NCBI GenBank assembly: GCA_963750165.1
Contig: CAVVPN010000011.1
Coordinates: forward strand, 1,344,001-1,408,000
Length of the DNA stretch: 64,000 nt
DNA from: an uncultured Gemmataceae bacterium
Lineage (GTDB): Bacteria; Planctomycetota; Planctomycetia; Gemmatales; Gemmataceae
Direction: 5' to 3'
Positions 11,047 to 20,287 of the stretch are shown here, in pieces. Below the pieces are notes generated by a model. That model was not told the origin of the DNA. It made no database searches and saw nothing but the letters and a program-made list of their open reading frames with translations. The number at the start of each line of letters is the position of its first letter. Positions within the stretch are counted from its first letter, which is position 1. A program made the translations under genes and the position numbers.

Positions 11047-12866
11047 ACCAATTCTTCCTGTCGTGCAGGCTGCCGGCCTGCCTGGCGATTCTGGCGGCGG
11101 CCTTCGTCGTGACGCCTGGGTTGCTGGCTCAGGCGCCGGCGGTCCAGCAGCCTCCCAGGGCGCAACCGGCCGGCGAAGTGCAGGACTTCGTCTTTCTCGC
11201 CGAGGCCCGGCCGATCCTCGTCCGGCTCCGCGTTCAGGTGGACGGTGCGCCCGTCCAGGCCGGTTACGCTGCATTCCTGAAGCACCTGTTCGCCTACCTC
11301 GACGTGGACGGCAACGGTGTGCTGAACAAGGCGGAAGCCGAACGTATTCCGCCGCTGGATCAGATTCTCAGCGGTATGCCCGTGTCGGGCATCGCCGCGT
11401 TCGGCGGTGGCGGTGGACCGGCGGGACCGACCTTCGCCGACATCGACACCAACAAGGACGGCAAGGTGAACCTGGCGGAGTTGACGGCGTACTACCGCGG
11501 CAAAGGCTTCACGCCGTTCCAGACGGAGTTTGATGCGAAACAGGGGAACCAGTTCGCCATGCTGGGCGGCGGCGGCCCGAGCCGGCCGACGCCGGCCGCC
11601 ATCGGCGAGGCGGTGTTTAACTTGCTCGACACCGACAAGGACGGCAAGCTGACGGCGGCCGAACTGGCCGTCGCGGCGGACGTGCTGCTCCGCAAGGACG
11701 AGAACGAAGACGACCTGGTCACGCCGCGAGAACTGGTGCCGAACAAGGGGGGCCAGAAGGCCAAGGGCGGCGGCGGTATGATGGCCTTTGGCCTCGGCCA
11801 GGCCAAGACGCCCGAGAACCCCTACGTGGTGCTGGTCGATGCGAAGCGGCACGCCCCGAACCTGGTGAGTCATTTTCAGAAGCGGTACGGCGCGGGCATT
11901 GCCCCGGACCAGTTGAAGCTCAGCCGCAAGACGCTGGGTCTCGATGACAAGGCGTTTGCCGCGCTCGACGCCAACGGCGACGGCGTCGTGGACGCGAAGG
12001 AACTGGCGGGCTTTGTGAAGCGGACGCCGGACGTGGAACTGGTGTTGCGCCTGGGCACACTGGAGCTGAACGAGCAGCGCGTGCAAATGCTGGCCGGCAC
12101 CGGCGTCAGCTTCAAGGCACGGGACCACTTGGCCCTGTTCGACCTGGGCGCGACGCGGCTGGAGCTGCGCGGCTACGAGCACGAACGCACGGATCGCCTC
12201 GGCGGCATTGTGCGGACGCAGTTCCTGGCACAGTTCCAGCAGGCGGCCAAGGGTGGCAAGGGCGACCTGAACGCGAAACAAGCCGAGGCCAGCCCGCTCT
12301 TCCGCAGCGTGTTCAAGGCGATGGACCGCGATGGCGACGGCAAGGTTACCGAGCAGGAGTTCGTCGCTTACCTCGACAAGTTGGAGGACCTCAAGCGGCG
12401 TGCCCGTGCCGCCTGCGTGACGCTGGTGGTGGAGGACCAGAGCCGCGGCCTGTTCGACTTGCTGGACACCAACCGCGACGGCCACCTGAGTCTCCGTGAG
12501 TTGCGCGGCGCCGACCGCTTACTGCTGGAGCTGGGCTGCGTCCGCAAGGGCTTTTTGACGAAGGCCGACCTGCCGCGGAGTTACTTGTTGAAACTGCGTC
12601 GTGGTTCGGCCAAACAGGGCGGGTTCGATCTCAGCGAGGTGTTCGAGCAGCTTTACCAGGGTTCGTACGAGGAATCCGGCGGTGACTACGCCACCGCCGG
12701 CCCGATGTGGTTCCGCAAGATGGACCGCAACCGCGACGGCGACGTGTCGCGCAAGGAGTTCCTCGGCACCGACGATCAGTTCCGTGAGATCGACGCGGAC
12801 GGCGACGGCCTCATCAGCGCCGCGGAGGCGGAGCGCTACGACGCGCTGTGCCGCAAGAAGCAGTGA
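11043..12866 (+). CDS. Secreted multi-EF-hand protein
   Basis: ATGA overlap with the upstream stop; about 8 DxD/NxDG loops (DVDGNG, DTNKDG, DTDKDG, DRDGDG, DRNRDG...). Confidence 0.88.
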   Translation: MNQFFLSCRLPACLAILAAAFVVTPGLLAQAPAVQQPPRAQPAGEVQDFVFLAEARPILVRLRVQVDGAPVQAGYAAFLKHLFAYLDVDGNGVLNKAEAERIPPLDQILSGMPVSGIAAFGGGGGPAGPTFADIDTNKDGKVNLAELTAYYRGKGFTPFQTEFDAKQGNQFAMLGGGGPSRPTPAAIGEAVFNLLDTDKDGKLTAAELAVAADVLLRKDENEDDLVTPRELVPNKGGQKAKGGGGMMAFGLGQAKTPENPYVVLVDAKRHAPNLVSHFQKRYGAGIAPDQLKLSRKTLGLDDKAFAALDANGDGVVDAKELAGFVKRTPDVELVLRLGTLELNEQRVQMLAGTGVSFKARDHLALFDLGATRLELRGYEHERTDRLGGIVRTQFLAQFQQAAKGGKGDLNAKQAEASPLFRSVFKAMDRDGDGKVTEQEFVAYLDKLEDLKRRARAACVTLVVEDQSRGLFDLLDTNRDGHLSLRELRGADRLLLELGCVRKGFLTKADLPRSYLLKLRRGSAKQGGFDLSEVFEQLYQGSYEESGGDYATAGPMWFRKMDRNRDGDVSRKEFLGTDDQFREIDADGDGLISAAEAERYDALCRKKQ

Positions 12867-12914
12867 GGCGCGGCGGTCGAAGTCCAGATCGTCAGAAAAA
12901 AGTAGCTGAATTTG

Positions 12915-12961
12915 TGCTGGGTTCCGGCTGGCGTCACTGCGGGCCGGAACCCAGCATTTTT
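12915..12961 (+). terminator. Probable intrinsic terminator
   Basis: 14-bp stem TGCTGGGTTCCGGC / GCCGGAACCCAGCA followed by TTTTT. Confidence 0.65.
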
Positions 12962-13074
12962 GCGCGAGGCCGCGGGTTGCGCGCATCGATCTGACACACC
13001 ACGGGCGATGGGATCGACGCGCGGTCCCGTGGCACGTACAATCGGTAATGTTCCTCGTTTCTGGAGGCGGGCCG

Positions 13075-13419
13075 ATGGCGGGTAGACAATTCACTCTGCA
13101 CTCGATACGCACGAGCAAGCAGGGTCAGCAAATCAACGTCGGTAAAGATCACGAAGAATACCGGGCGATCGTGAACTCGCTCACGATGCACCCAGAAGAC
13201 ATGAAGGCGCTGAGCATCGCGTCGGGTGGGATGGTCCGGCTGCGATCCAGGGAGGGCGAGGCCGTTTTCGTGTGCCAGCCGGGGAATGTGCCCGAGGGGA
13301 TGATCTTCGTGCCGTACGGCCCTCCGACCTGCCGTCTGTACGGCGGCGAAACGGACGGGACGGGGATGCCCACCACGAAGGGCTGGGAAGTGGAGGTCGA
13401 GCCGATCACGACCGAGTAG
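13075..13419 (+). CDS. fwdD: Formylmethanofuran dehydrogenase subunit D (molybdopterin dinucleotide-binding domain)
   Basis: GGAGG RBS at 13063-13067; RTSKQG, MHPEDM, GMIFVPYGP, TDGTGMPTTKG; heads the fwdBAC operon. Confidence 0.88.
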   Translation: MAGRQFTLHSIRTSKQGQQINVGKDHEEYRAIVNSLTMHPEDMKALSIASGGMVRLRSREGEAVFVCQPGNVPEGMIFVPYGPPTCRLYGGETDGTGMPTTKGWEVEVEPITTE

Positions 13420-13443
13420 CTCAATTGGAGCAGGAGAGCAGCG

Positions 13444-13638
13444 ATGGAAGTCAAGCAAGGGGACGGCGAAAGCGCCCCGCATTTCGTCGATGACACCGGG
13501 TTGGGCCAGGTCCAGGCCTGGGAAGAAATCGACACCGGGCGGTTCATGCCGCGCCGCATCCGGGGCAGTTACCAGGGGCGGGCGCTCGGCTGAGCGTTCG
13601 TCATTCCGTCCGGTTCGGACGGCCAGATAAGCCGATAA
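13444..13638 (+). CDS. Small ORF absent from the ORF track: 49 aa to TGA 13591-13593, or 64 aa if the TGA is read as selenocysteine
   Basis: AGGAG RBS at 13432-13436; high GC3 codons; MEVKQGDGESAPHFVDDTGLGQVQAWEEIDTGRFMPRRIRGSYQGRALG(U)AFVIPSGSDGQISR*; fills the fwdD-fwdB gap. Confidence 0.65.
13606..13622 (+). promoter_or_regulatory. Candidate bacterial SECIS for the small ORF
   Basis: Perfect 7-bp stem CCGTCCG/CGGACGG with GUU loop; 19 nt between UGA and the loop. Confidence 0.55.
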
Positions 13639-13648
13639 AGGGAGCGAC

Positions 13649-14979
13649 ATGGAACTGAACATTGTGAAGAACGCGACCTGCACGTTCTGCGGTTGCGTTT
13701 GTGACGATATCGAACTGCACACCGACGACGTTCGCATCACCCACACCAAAAACGCCTGCGTCCTTGGAGTGAGTTGGTTCAAAAACCACACCGCGGAACG
13801 GCTGTACCCCGACGCGCTGATCGACGGCCAGCCGGCCTCCGTCGATGCTGCCGTCGAGGCGGCGGCCCGTCACCTCTACGATGCCCATTTGCCTCTGGTG
13901 TACGGCCTGAGCAACATCACCTGCGAGGCGCAACGCGAGTCGGTGGCCCTCGCCGAATTGATCGGCGGCGTGATCGACAGTCATACCTCGCTCTGACACG
14001 GTCCAACCGAGATCGCCGCCCAGTTGGGTGGCAAGGTGACCTGTACGCTGGGTGAAGTCAAGAATCGTGCCGACCTGATCGTCTACTGGGGGGGCAACCC
14101 CGCGGAGTGCCATCCGCGCCATTTTACCAAGTACACTCTGACGCAGAAGGGCCGATTCGTACCCAACGGCCGCAAGGACCGCACGATGGTCCTCGTGGAC
14201 ATCCGCGAGACCGCCAGCGCCAAGGCCGCCGACCTCTTTCTGCAAGTGCGGCCGGCCAGGGATTTCGAGGTCATCACCGCCCTGCGCGCGCTCATCAAGG
14301 GCCAGCCGGTTGATACGAAACTCGTCGCGGAAACCGGGTTGACCGTCAAGCAACTCCAGGAATTTGCCGACCGCATGAAGTCGTGCAAATTCGGAGTGCT
14401 TTTCTTCGGCATGGGCCTGTCGATGACGCGCGGCAAGCACATGAACTCGGCCGCCCTGCTGACGCTGGCGGCCGAGCTGAATGCCTTCACCAAGTTCGTG
14501 GCCATGCCAATGCGCGGCCACGGCAACGTCACCGGCGGCGACGTAGTCATGCGCTGGACGACGGGCTACCCGTTCGGGGTCAACCTGGCACGCGGTTACC
14601 CGCGCTTCAACCCGGGCGAGTATTCGACCATTGACCTGCTGATCCGCGGCGACACCGATGCCGCGCTCATCCTGGGAGCCGATCCCGGGGCGACCATGCC
14701 GCAGCCGGCCATCGACCACCTGGCGCGCATCCCGACAATCGTGCTGGACCCGAAGGTGACGCACACGAGCCGGCTGGCGCGGGTCCACATCACGACGGCA
14801 GTCACGGGAATCAGCGCCCCGGCACCGCTTACCGGATGGACGAGATCCCGCTGCCGCTGCGGCCGGCGCTCAAGTCGCCGTATCCGACGGATGAAGAGGT
14901 ACTCCGCCGCATTTACCGGGCGGTTGCCGCGAAGCCGCCGCTGCCCGTGCCGGTGAGGCTGCCGTTGGCGGCGGTGTAG
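13649..14979 (+). CDS. fwdB: Formylmethanofuran dehydrogenase subunit B, selenocysteine-containing (Sec at codon 116); frameshift near 14820
   Basis: CTFCGCVCDD...C [4Fe-4S] motif; SHTSL-TGA-HGP...CTLGEVKNRAD in one frame; MRGHGNV; true C-terminus GTAYRMDEIPLPLR...DEEVL in the shifted frame to TAG 14977-14979. Confidence 0.92.
13998..14044 (+). promoter_or_regulatory. Candidate bacterial SECIS for fwdB
   Basis: Upper stem GCCGCCC(14015-21)/GGGTGGC(14026-32) with AGUU loop 25 nt after UGA; lower stem GGTC..ACC / GGT-GACC. Confidence 0.75.
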
Positions 14980-15080
14980 TCCCTGGCTTTCGGACAAAAG
15001 ACGGGTACGATAGCGTTGCCCTGGCGCGGTTCGCAGTGGCGGGGATCACAAACGGCAGGCCGGCGCTGCCAGGCGCCGCA

Positions 15081-15240
15081 TCTCGACGTATGAAAAAGTT
15101 GGCGTTCTTGGCGTTCTTGGCGTCCTTGCTGTGGCAACCGCCGCCGATGGCTGTCGCGCCGTGCCACCCATACGGAGCCAGGGTGCCAACTCTCGACGTA
15201 TGAAAAAGTTGGCCCCCTTGGCAGTCTTGGCCCCCTTGCT
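15081..15240 (+). repeat. Two direct copies (15081-15130, 15191-15240) of a 50-nt dispersed repeat
   Basis: TCTCGACGTATGAAAAAGTTGGC followed by 9-nt periodic CTTGGCnnn units, ending CCTTGCT. Confidence 0.9.
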
Positions 15241-15332
15241 GCGACAGCGCAGGCCCCTGCTGGTCAAGCTGTGCCCGCCGTCCCACCGCGTGCGCGATCC
15301 GCGTGCGACCGCTCTAAAATGAGACCAAACCC

Positions 15333-16969
15333 GTGTTGCGAATCACTGGCGGAAAAGTCTACGACCCAGCCAACAACGTCAACGGCGTCATTCAGGACGT
15401 TTGCATCAACGACGGCCGCATCGTCGCCGACGTTCAAGGCGGTCGCACCATCGACGCGACGGGCATGGTGGTGTTTCCCGGCGGCGTCGATGTGCATACG
15501 CATGTCGCGGGGGCCGCGCTCAACTTTGCCCGCGCGATGATCCCGGAGGACCACCGCCGGCACCAGGAATTCGTGCGCACGCTCGTGACGCGCGGCGGCA
15601 TCGGCGGGTCCACGCCCACGACCTTCATTACCGGCTATCTTTACGCCGGCCTCGGTTATACGACCGTGAATGAAGCGGCCGTTCCCATGCTGTCGGCCCG
15701 GCACACGCACGAAGAACTGCGCGACACGCCCATCGTCGATAAGACCTGCTGCGTGCTCATGGCGAACAACGAGCTGCTGCTCGATCAGATCGAGGCCGGC
15801 GAGCTCGAACGCGCCCGGCACATCGTCGCCTGGAACATCTGGGCGGCCAAGTCGTACGGCGTCAAGGCGGTCAACCCCGGCGGGGTAACGGCCTGGAAGT
15901 GGGGCAAGGACGCCAAGAGCCTGCATGATCCGATCGCCGGCTTCGAGTCGGTGACGCCGGGGAAGATCATCTCGGCACTCGCCAGGATCGTGGACGAACT
16001 CGGTTTGCCCCATCCGCTGCACCTGCACTGTAACAACCTGGGCGCGCCGGGCAACTACAGCACCACGCTGGAGACGATGAAACTCCTGGAAGGCAACCGG
16101 GCGCACATCGCCCACATGCAGTACCACGCCTACGGCGGCGACGACTGGCCCACGATGCGCTCGGAATCGGTCAAACTCGCCGAGTACTTCAACGCCCATC
16201 CGAACCTGACGACCGACGCCGGCGCGGTGCTGTTTGGCACCACGGTGACGATCACGGCTGACGGTCCCTGGCAGCACCTTCTCTACAAACTGACCGGCCG
16301 CAAGTGGGGCAACCTCGATGTCGAGAACGAGACCGGCTGCGGCATTGTCCCCTACACGTACAAGGAAAAAAACCTCGTCAATGCCGTGCAGTGGGCCGTC
16401 GGACTGGAACTGCTACTGCTCATCGACGACCCCTGGCGGATTTATCTGACCACCGATCACCCCAACGGCGCGGCGTTCTGGCGCTATCCGGAAATCATTC
16501 GACTGCTGATGGACGCGGACTTTCGCAAGGAGCAGTTGAAAAAACTGCCGTCCAGGGCGCTTCAGCGCATCTTCCTTCCGGAACTGAACCGGCAATACAC
16601 GCTCTATGAGATTGCCATCATCACCTCGGCGGGGCCGGCGCGATGCTCGGCTTGTCGAAGAAAGGAAACCTGGGCATCGGCGCCGATGCGGACGTGGCCA
16701 TCTACAACGAGAGCAAGGATATTGTCCAGATGTTCTCCTACCCGCGCTACGTCATCAAGGCGGGCGAGGTGGTCATTGAGGAAGGCGAAATCCGCAGGAC
16801 CGTTGAGGGCAAGGGGCTCATCGTTCGGCCTACTTACGACGAGAAGATCGAGGACTACATCCGCCCGAAGTTTCAGCAATATTACACGATGTCGTTCGAC
16901 AATTATCCCGTGGAGTTGGAGCGCGTCGAACACCCAGACATTCATCCCTGCAAGCAACCGACCCAATGA
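15333..16969 (+). CDS. fwdA: Formylmethanofuran dehydrogenase subunit A (binuclear amidohydrolase); frameshift near 16642
   Basis: GKVYDPAN, DVHTH, GYTTVNEAA, VKAVNPGG, LHLHCNNLG, ETGCGIVP, TTDHPNG; C-terminus LGLSKKGNLGIGADADVAIY in the shifted frame. Confidence 0.92.
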
Positions 16970-17787
16970 CCAGGACGATCTTCACTCTCAAGGAACGCCC
17001 GAGCATTCCGCTGGAGACCGAGGTTTTCTCGCCGGACGTGATCGCGCCGCTGGGACACGACGAGGTGTGCGCCCTGCCCGTGTTCCTGGGCAAGCGCCAG
17101 TACCGCATGGATGATTTCTTCGCGGTCGAGGGGGCGGGCAGCGACGAGCTGGAGTTACACGGGGACGCCGGTCGGGTGAAATGGATCGGTCGCGGGATGA
17201 CGCACGGCAAGATCACCATCCTTGGCGACGCCGGGATGCACCTCGGGGCCTATCTGAAGGGCGGCACCATCGAGGTGACAGGCAGCGCCTCGGACTGGGT
17301 CGGTGCCGAAATGACCGGCGGCTGCATCCGCATCGCCGGGAACGCGGGCGGACAAATCGGGTCGGCGTACCGTGGCAGCCTCGCCGGGATGAAGGGCGGG
17401 ACCATCCTCGTCGGCGGTTCGGCCGGCATGGAGATCGGCATGCGCATGCGCCGGGGAGTGATCGCCGTCCGGGGCCCGGTACGCGACTTCGCCGGTTTGC
17501 AGATGAAGGGCGGCACCATCGTCCTGATGAGTGGGGCCGAGATTCGCACCGGCGCGTGGATGGTGCGCGGAACGATTGTGTCTCTGAAGCCGCTTCGTCT
17601 CTTGCCCACCTTCGCCTACGCCTGTGAGTACAACCCCACGTTCTTGCGCGTGTACGCGAAGAGTCTCCAGGCAATGGGCTTCTCCATTCCCCATGAAGAT
17701 CAGGCCGGCGCCTATCAGCGCTACACGGGTGATACGTCCGTCCCTGGCAAGGGAGAGATCCTCGTCTGGCGACCCCACGTCTCATGA
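16966..17787 (+). CDS. fwdC: Formylmethanofuran dehydrogenase subunit C (GXGXG beta-helix)
   Basis: Repeated G..M.GG.I.V.G units; ATGA overlap with fwdA. Confidence 0.92.
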   Translation: MTRTIFTLKERPSIPLETEVFSPDVIAPLGHDEVCALPVFLGKRQYRMDDFFAVEGAGSDELELHGDAGRVKWIGRGMTHGKITILGDAGMHLGAYLKGGTIEVTGSASDWVGAEMTGGCIRIAGNAGGQIGSAYRGSLAGMKGGTILVGGSAGMEIGMRMRRGVIAVRGPVRDFAGLQMKGGTIVLMSGAEIRTGAWMVRGTIVSLKPLRLLPTFAYACEYNPTFLRVYAKSLQAMGFSIPHEDQAGAYQRYTGDTSVPGKGEILVWRPHVS

Positions 17788-17833
17788 CCTCACCACGTCC
17801 ATGCCAAAGCATCGTCGCTGGCACTGCTGGCCC

Positions 17834-20114
17834 TCACTCCAGCGTCAGGTACGTGAACACATTGCCGAGGATCTTCCGGGCCGACTCCGGCTTGTAGGCC
17901 AGGGCGCGGTAGTTGGCGATGCCCGCCCCCGCGGCCACGATGTCGTATTCGGAGAAGAGGACCGCTGGCCGACCCTTCACCAAAGCGATCAGGATCTTCT
18001 GTTTGACCGACTTCTCGCCTTTGGCGCGAAGCGCCTGGCGGGCCGCCAGCGTGTAGCCGACGCCGACGTTCAAATCCTGGCCGTTCTCGAATCGGCCCTC
18101 CGCGAGGACCGGTTCCTTCGCCAGGGGCTGCAACGGACCGAAGAGACCCTCCAGCTGCTTGCGCCGACCGGGCGAACGCCAGCGAGCCGGCGTGGGCATC
18201 GACCAGCACGGTACCGCCGCCCTGCACGAACTCCTTGAGGGCTGCCAGTTCCGCCTTGGTCAGCGCCAGGGCACTCCGCCCGGTCAGGTGCAACAGGTTC
18301 ACGTCCTTCAGCACGTCCTTGCCGAGGACGACAGGCTCAGCCTGCTTGAACGTCCGGCCCGTCAGATGCTTGCCGAGGGGGCCGAGCTTGTCCCAGGCCC
18401 GGCCGGCCGCCTCCCAGTCGCGCGTGCCGCCGTGGCGCACCCGGGCGAACGTGAGCGTCCCGGGCTTCGCCTTGGCCGCGGCCCTGTCCGGCAGGATCGT
18501 CGCAAACTTGCCCTCCAGTTCGCCGAGGTCCGTCGCGTAGAACAGCAGGTTCATCGCGAATGGGAAGGCGTCGCTTTCCTCGCGGTTGCCCTGCCAGTCG
18601 CCCGACAGGTACGCATCGGACAGCAGGAAGAACGTCCGCGAGCCGTTGCTGGCGCCGCGCAGTTTCGGCCGCTTCTTCCACTCGTGCTTGACGACCGTGA
18701 AGATCGGGTGATTGGCCGCGAGTGGTTCGAGCTTGACGTTCGGGTAGTCCCTCGGCGGGTACATGTCCTGGAGCAGTCGTGCCATCGACTCGGCGAACGG
18801 TTTGCTATGGTCGCTCGGCTCGGCCAGGATGGTGCCGCCGCGTTCGATGTACTCGCGCAACTTCAGTGCCTCGGCCGCGGTGTACTCCCACTTCTCCGAG
18901 CCGGAGATGAACAGGATCGGCGCCTCGAATTCCGCAGCCGGGCTGTTGATCGAGACGGTCTGCCAGTTGATCGGTCGTTCGTAGGCGGTCCACAGGGCCT
19001 TGCTCAGGTTGGCCAGGTCGCGCGGATTGAGGTTCCAGTCGGAGCCCTTGCCGTATTGCAGCTTGTTCACCGCCACCGGGGCGCCGCCGTAGACGAGGAA
19101 CAGGGTACAGAAGCAGGTGCCACCCACGGGGCCGCCCCACTGGCCGAGCGGGATGGAGCCGTCGCGCTGCTGGGCCTGCAAGGCCGCCAGCGCGCCCTCG
19201 GCGAACCAGTCCGTGCCGCCAATGAGGCGCAGGCCGCTGGCCACGCCGGTTCGCTCGATGCCGTACAGGTAGTAGCCGTCGTTCTTGCCGCCCTTGTGCT
19301 TGCCAAGCCAGTCCATGCCGCGCTCCAGCGACTTGAGGACCGCCGCCGCGTCCCCCTCGGTGAAGGTGCGCGGGTTGGCCCGGCTATACGGCTTCTTGCC
19401 GTGGTGCATGTCGAAGACGAGGAACAGACTGGCCAGCCCGGCCGTCGCCATGGCTGGAGTCGAGGGGCCGGTGATGTAGCTCCAGCCACCGTCTTGCCCC
19501 TGCGTGTCGCGGAAGTGCTTCGAGAGCCCGGTCCAGAACTTGTCGCCCGGATCGTGACCGGCCCGCGTCGCCGCCCAGACGCCGAGGACGCCGTACTGCG
19601 TGCAGGAATTGTCCCAGTCGCGCGACTCCATGGTGTAGCGCCAGCCCTGCCGGTCGCCCTTGGCGGCCATGAGCCACTGGAAGTCTTCCTTCAACAGGGC
19701 CTTCAGTTTGGCGTCGTCGGGGAGTTTGCGGAGGGCGTATTCCCAGACGTTGGCGCGGACGCCGCGGAGGTAGGTGTTGTTCGGCTTCTGCTTGCCGAGC
19801 CAGTCGAGCATCTTCTTCAGGCCATCGTCGGCGGCCGGATCGGCCCCGGCGGCGAGCAAGGTCAGGGCGGTCAGGCTGGTCGAGCCCTCGTCGCCGTTGA
19901 CGCTGCCGTCGGCCCGCTGCTGGGTGCGCAGGTAGTAGACGGCGTCGTCGATGGCGGTGCGAATCTTGGCCGCGGTGATCGGCGGCGTGAACGGCTCGTG
20001 GATGGCCCCGCCGCGGGGGGCACCCTTCTGGATGAATCGGGCCGCCGGTTCCTGGGCGCTGACGCTACCACAGACGGTGAGCGCGACCAGGGAGAGCGTG
20101 AGTATACGTGTCAT
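17834..20114 (-). CDS. Secreted prenyltransferase/squalene-oxidase-repeat protein with DUF4159-like domains; frameshift near 18162
   Basis: QRADGS, GWRY, DNSCTQY, QDGGWSY, QQRDGS repeats; PILFISG..LREYIERGGTIL and LLHLTG..LKEFVQGGGTVL. Confidence 0.75.
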
Positions 20115-20287
20115 GGGATCGTCACCACTCTTTCTTCGATAGCAGTCCGAGCCGCGCACGCAGCGCAGCGGAGTAAGTCACCAACGTCTCCCACGGAGAT
20201 ACCAGCGGGCGGCCGCTTACTCCGCGAATACGCTCCGTGCGCGGCTCGGAGGTGCTCCTTGCTTCCGAATGCGCCTGGCGCTCCGAA

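Noticed and set aside
13606..13622. Hairpin as an intrinsic terminator
   Set aside because: No U-tract follows and it lies mid-operon, 26 nt before fwdB; not fully excluded as a stability hairpin.
13649..13996. fwdB as a nonsense pseudogene or two separate genes
   Set aside because: The TGA falls at the conserved Cys/Sec ligand position with a SECIS-like hairpin and in-frame continuation.
15081..15240. CRISPR array
   Set aside because: Only two non-identical 50-nt copies with a 60-nt spacer, further copies dispersed singly, and no cas genes in the window.
14810..16650. Programmed frameshifting in fwdB and fwdA
   Set aside because: No slippery heptamers; the same indel pattern occurs in many unrelated genes.
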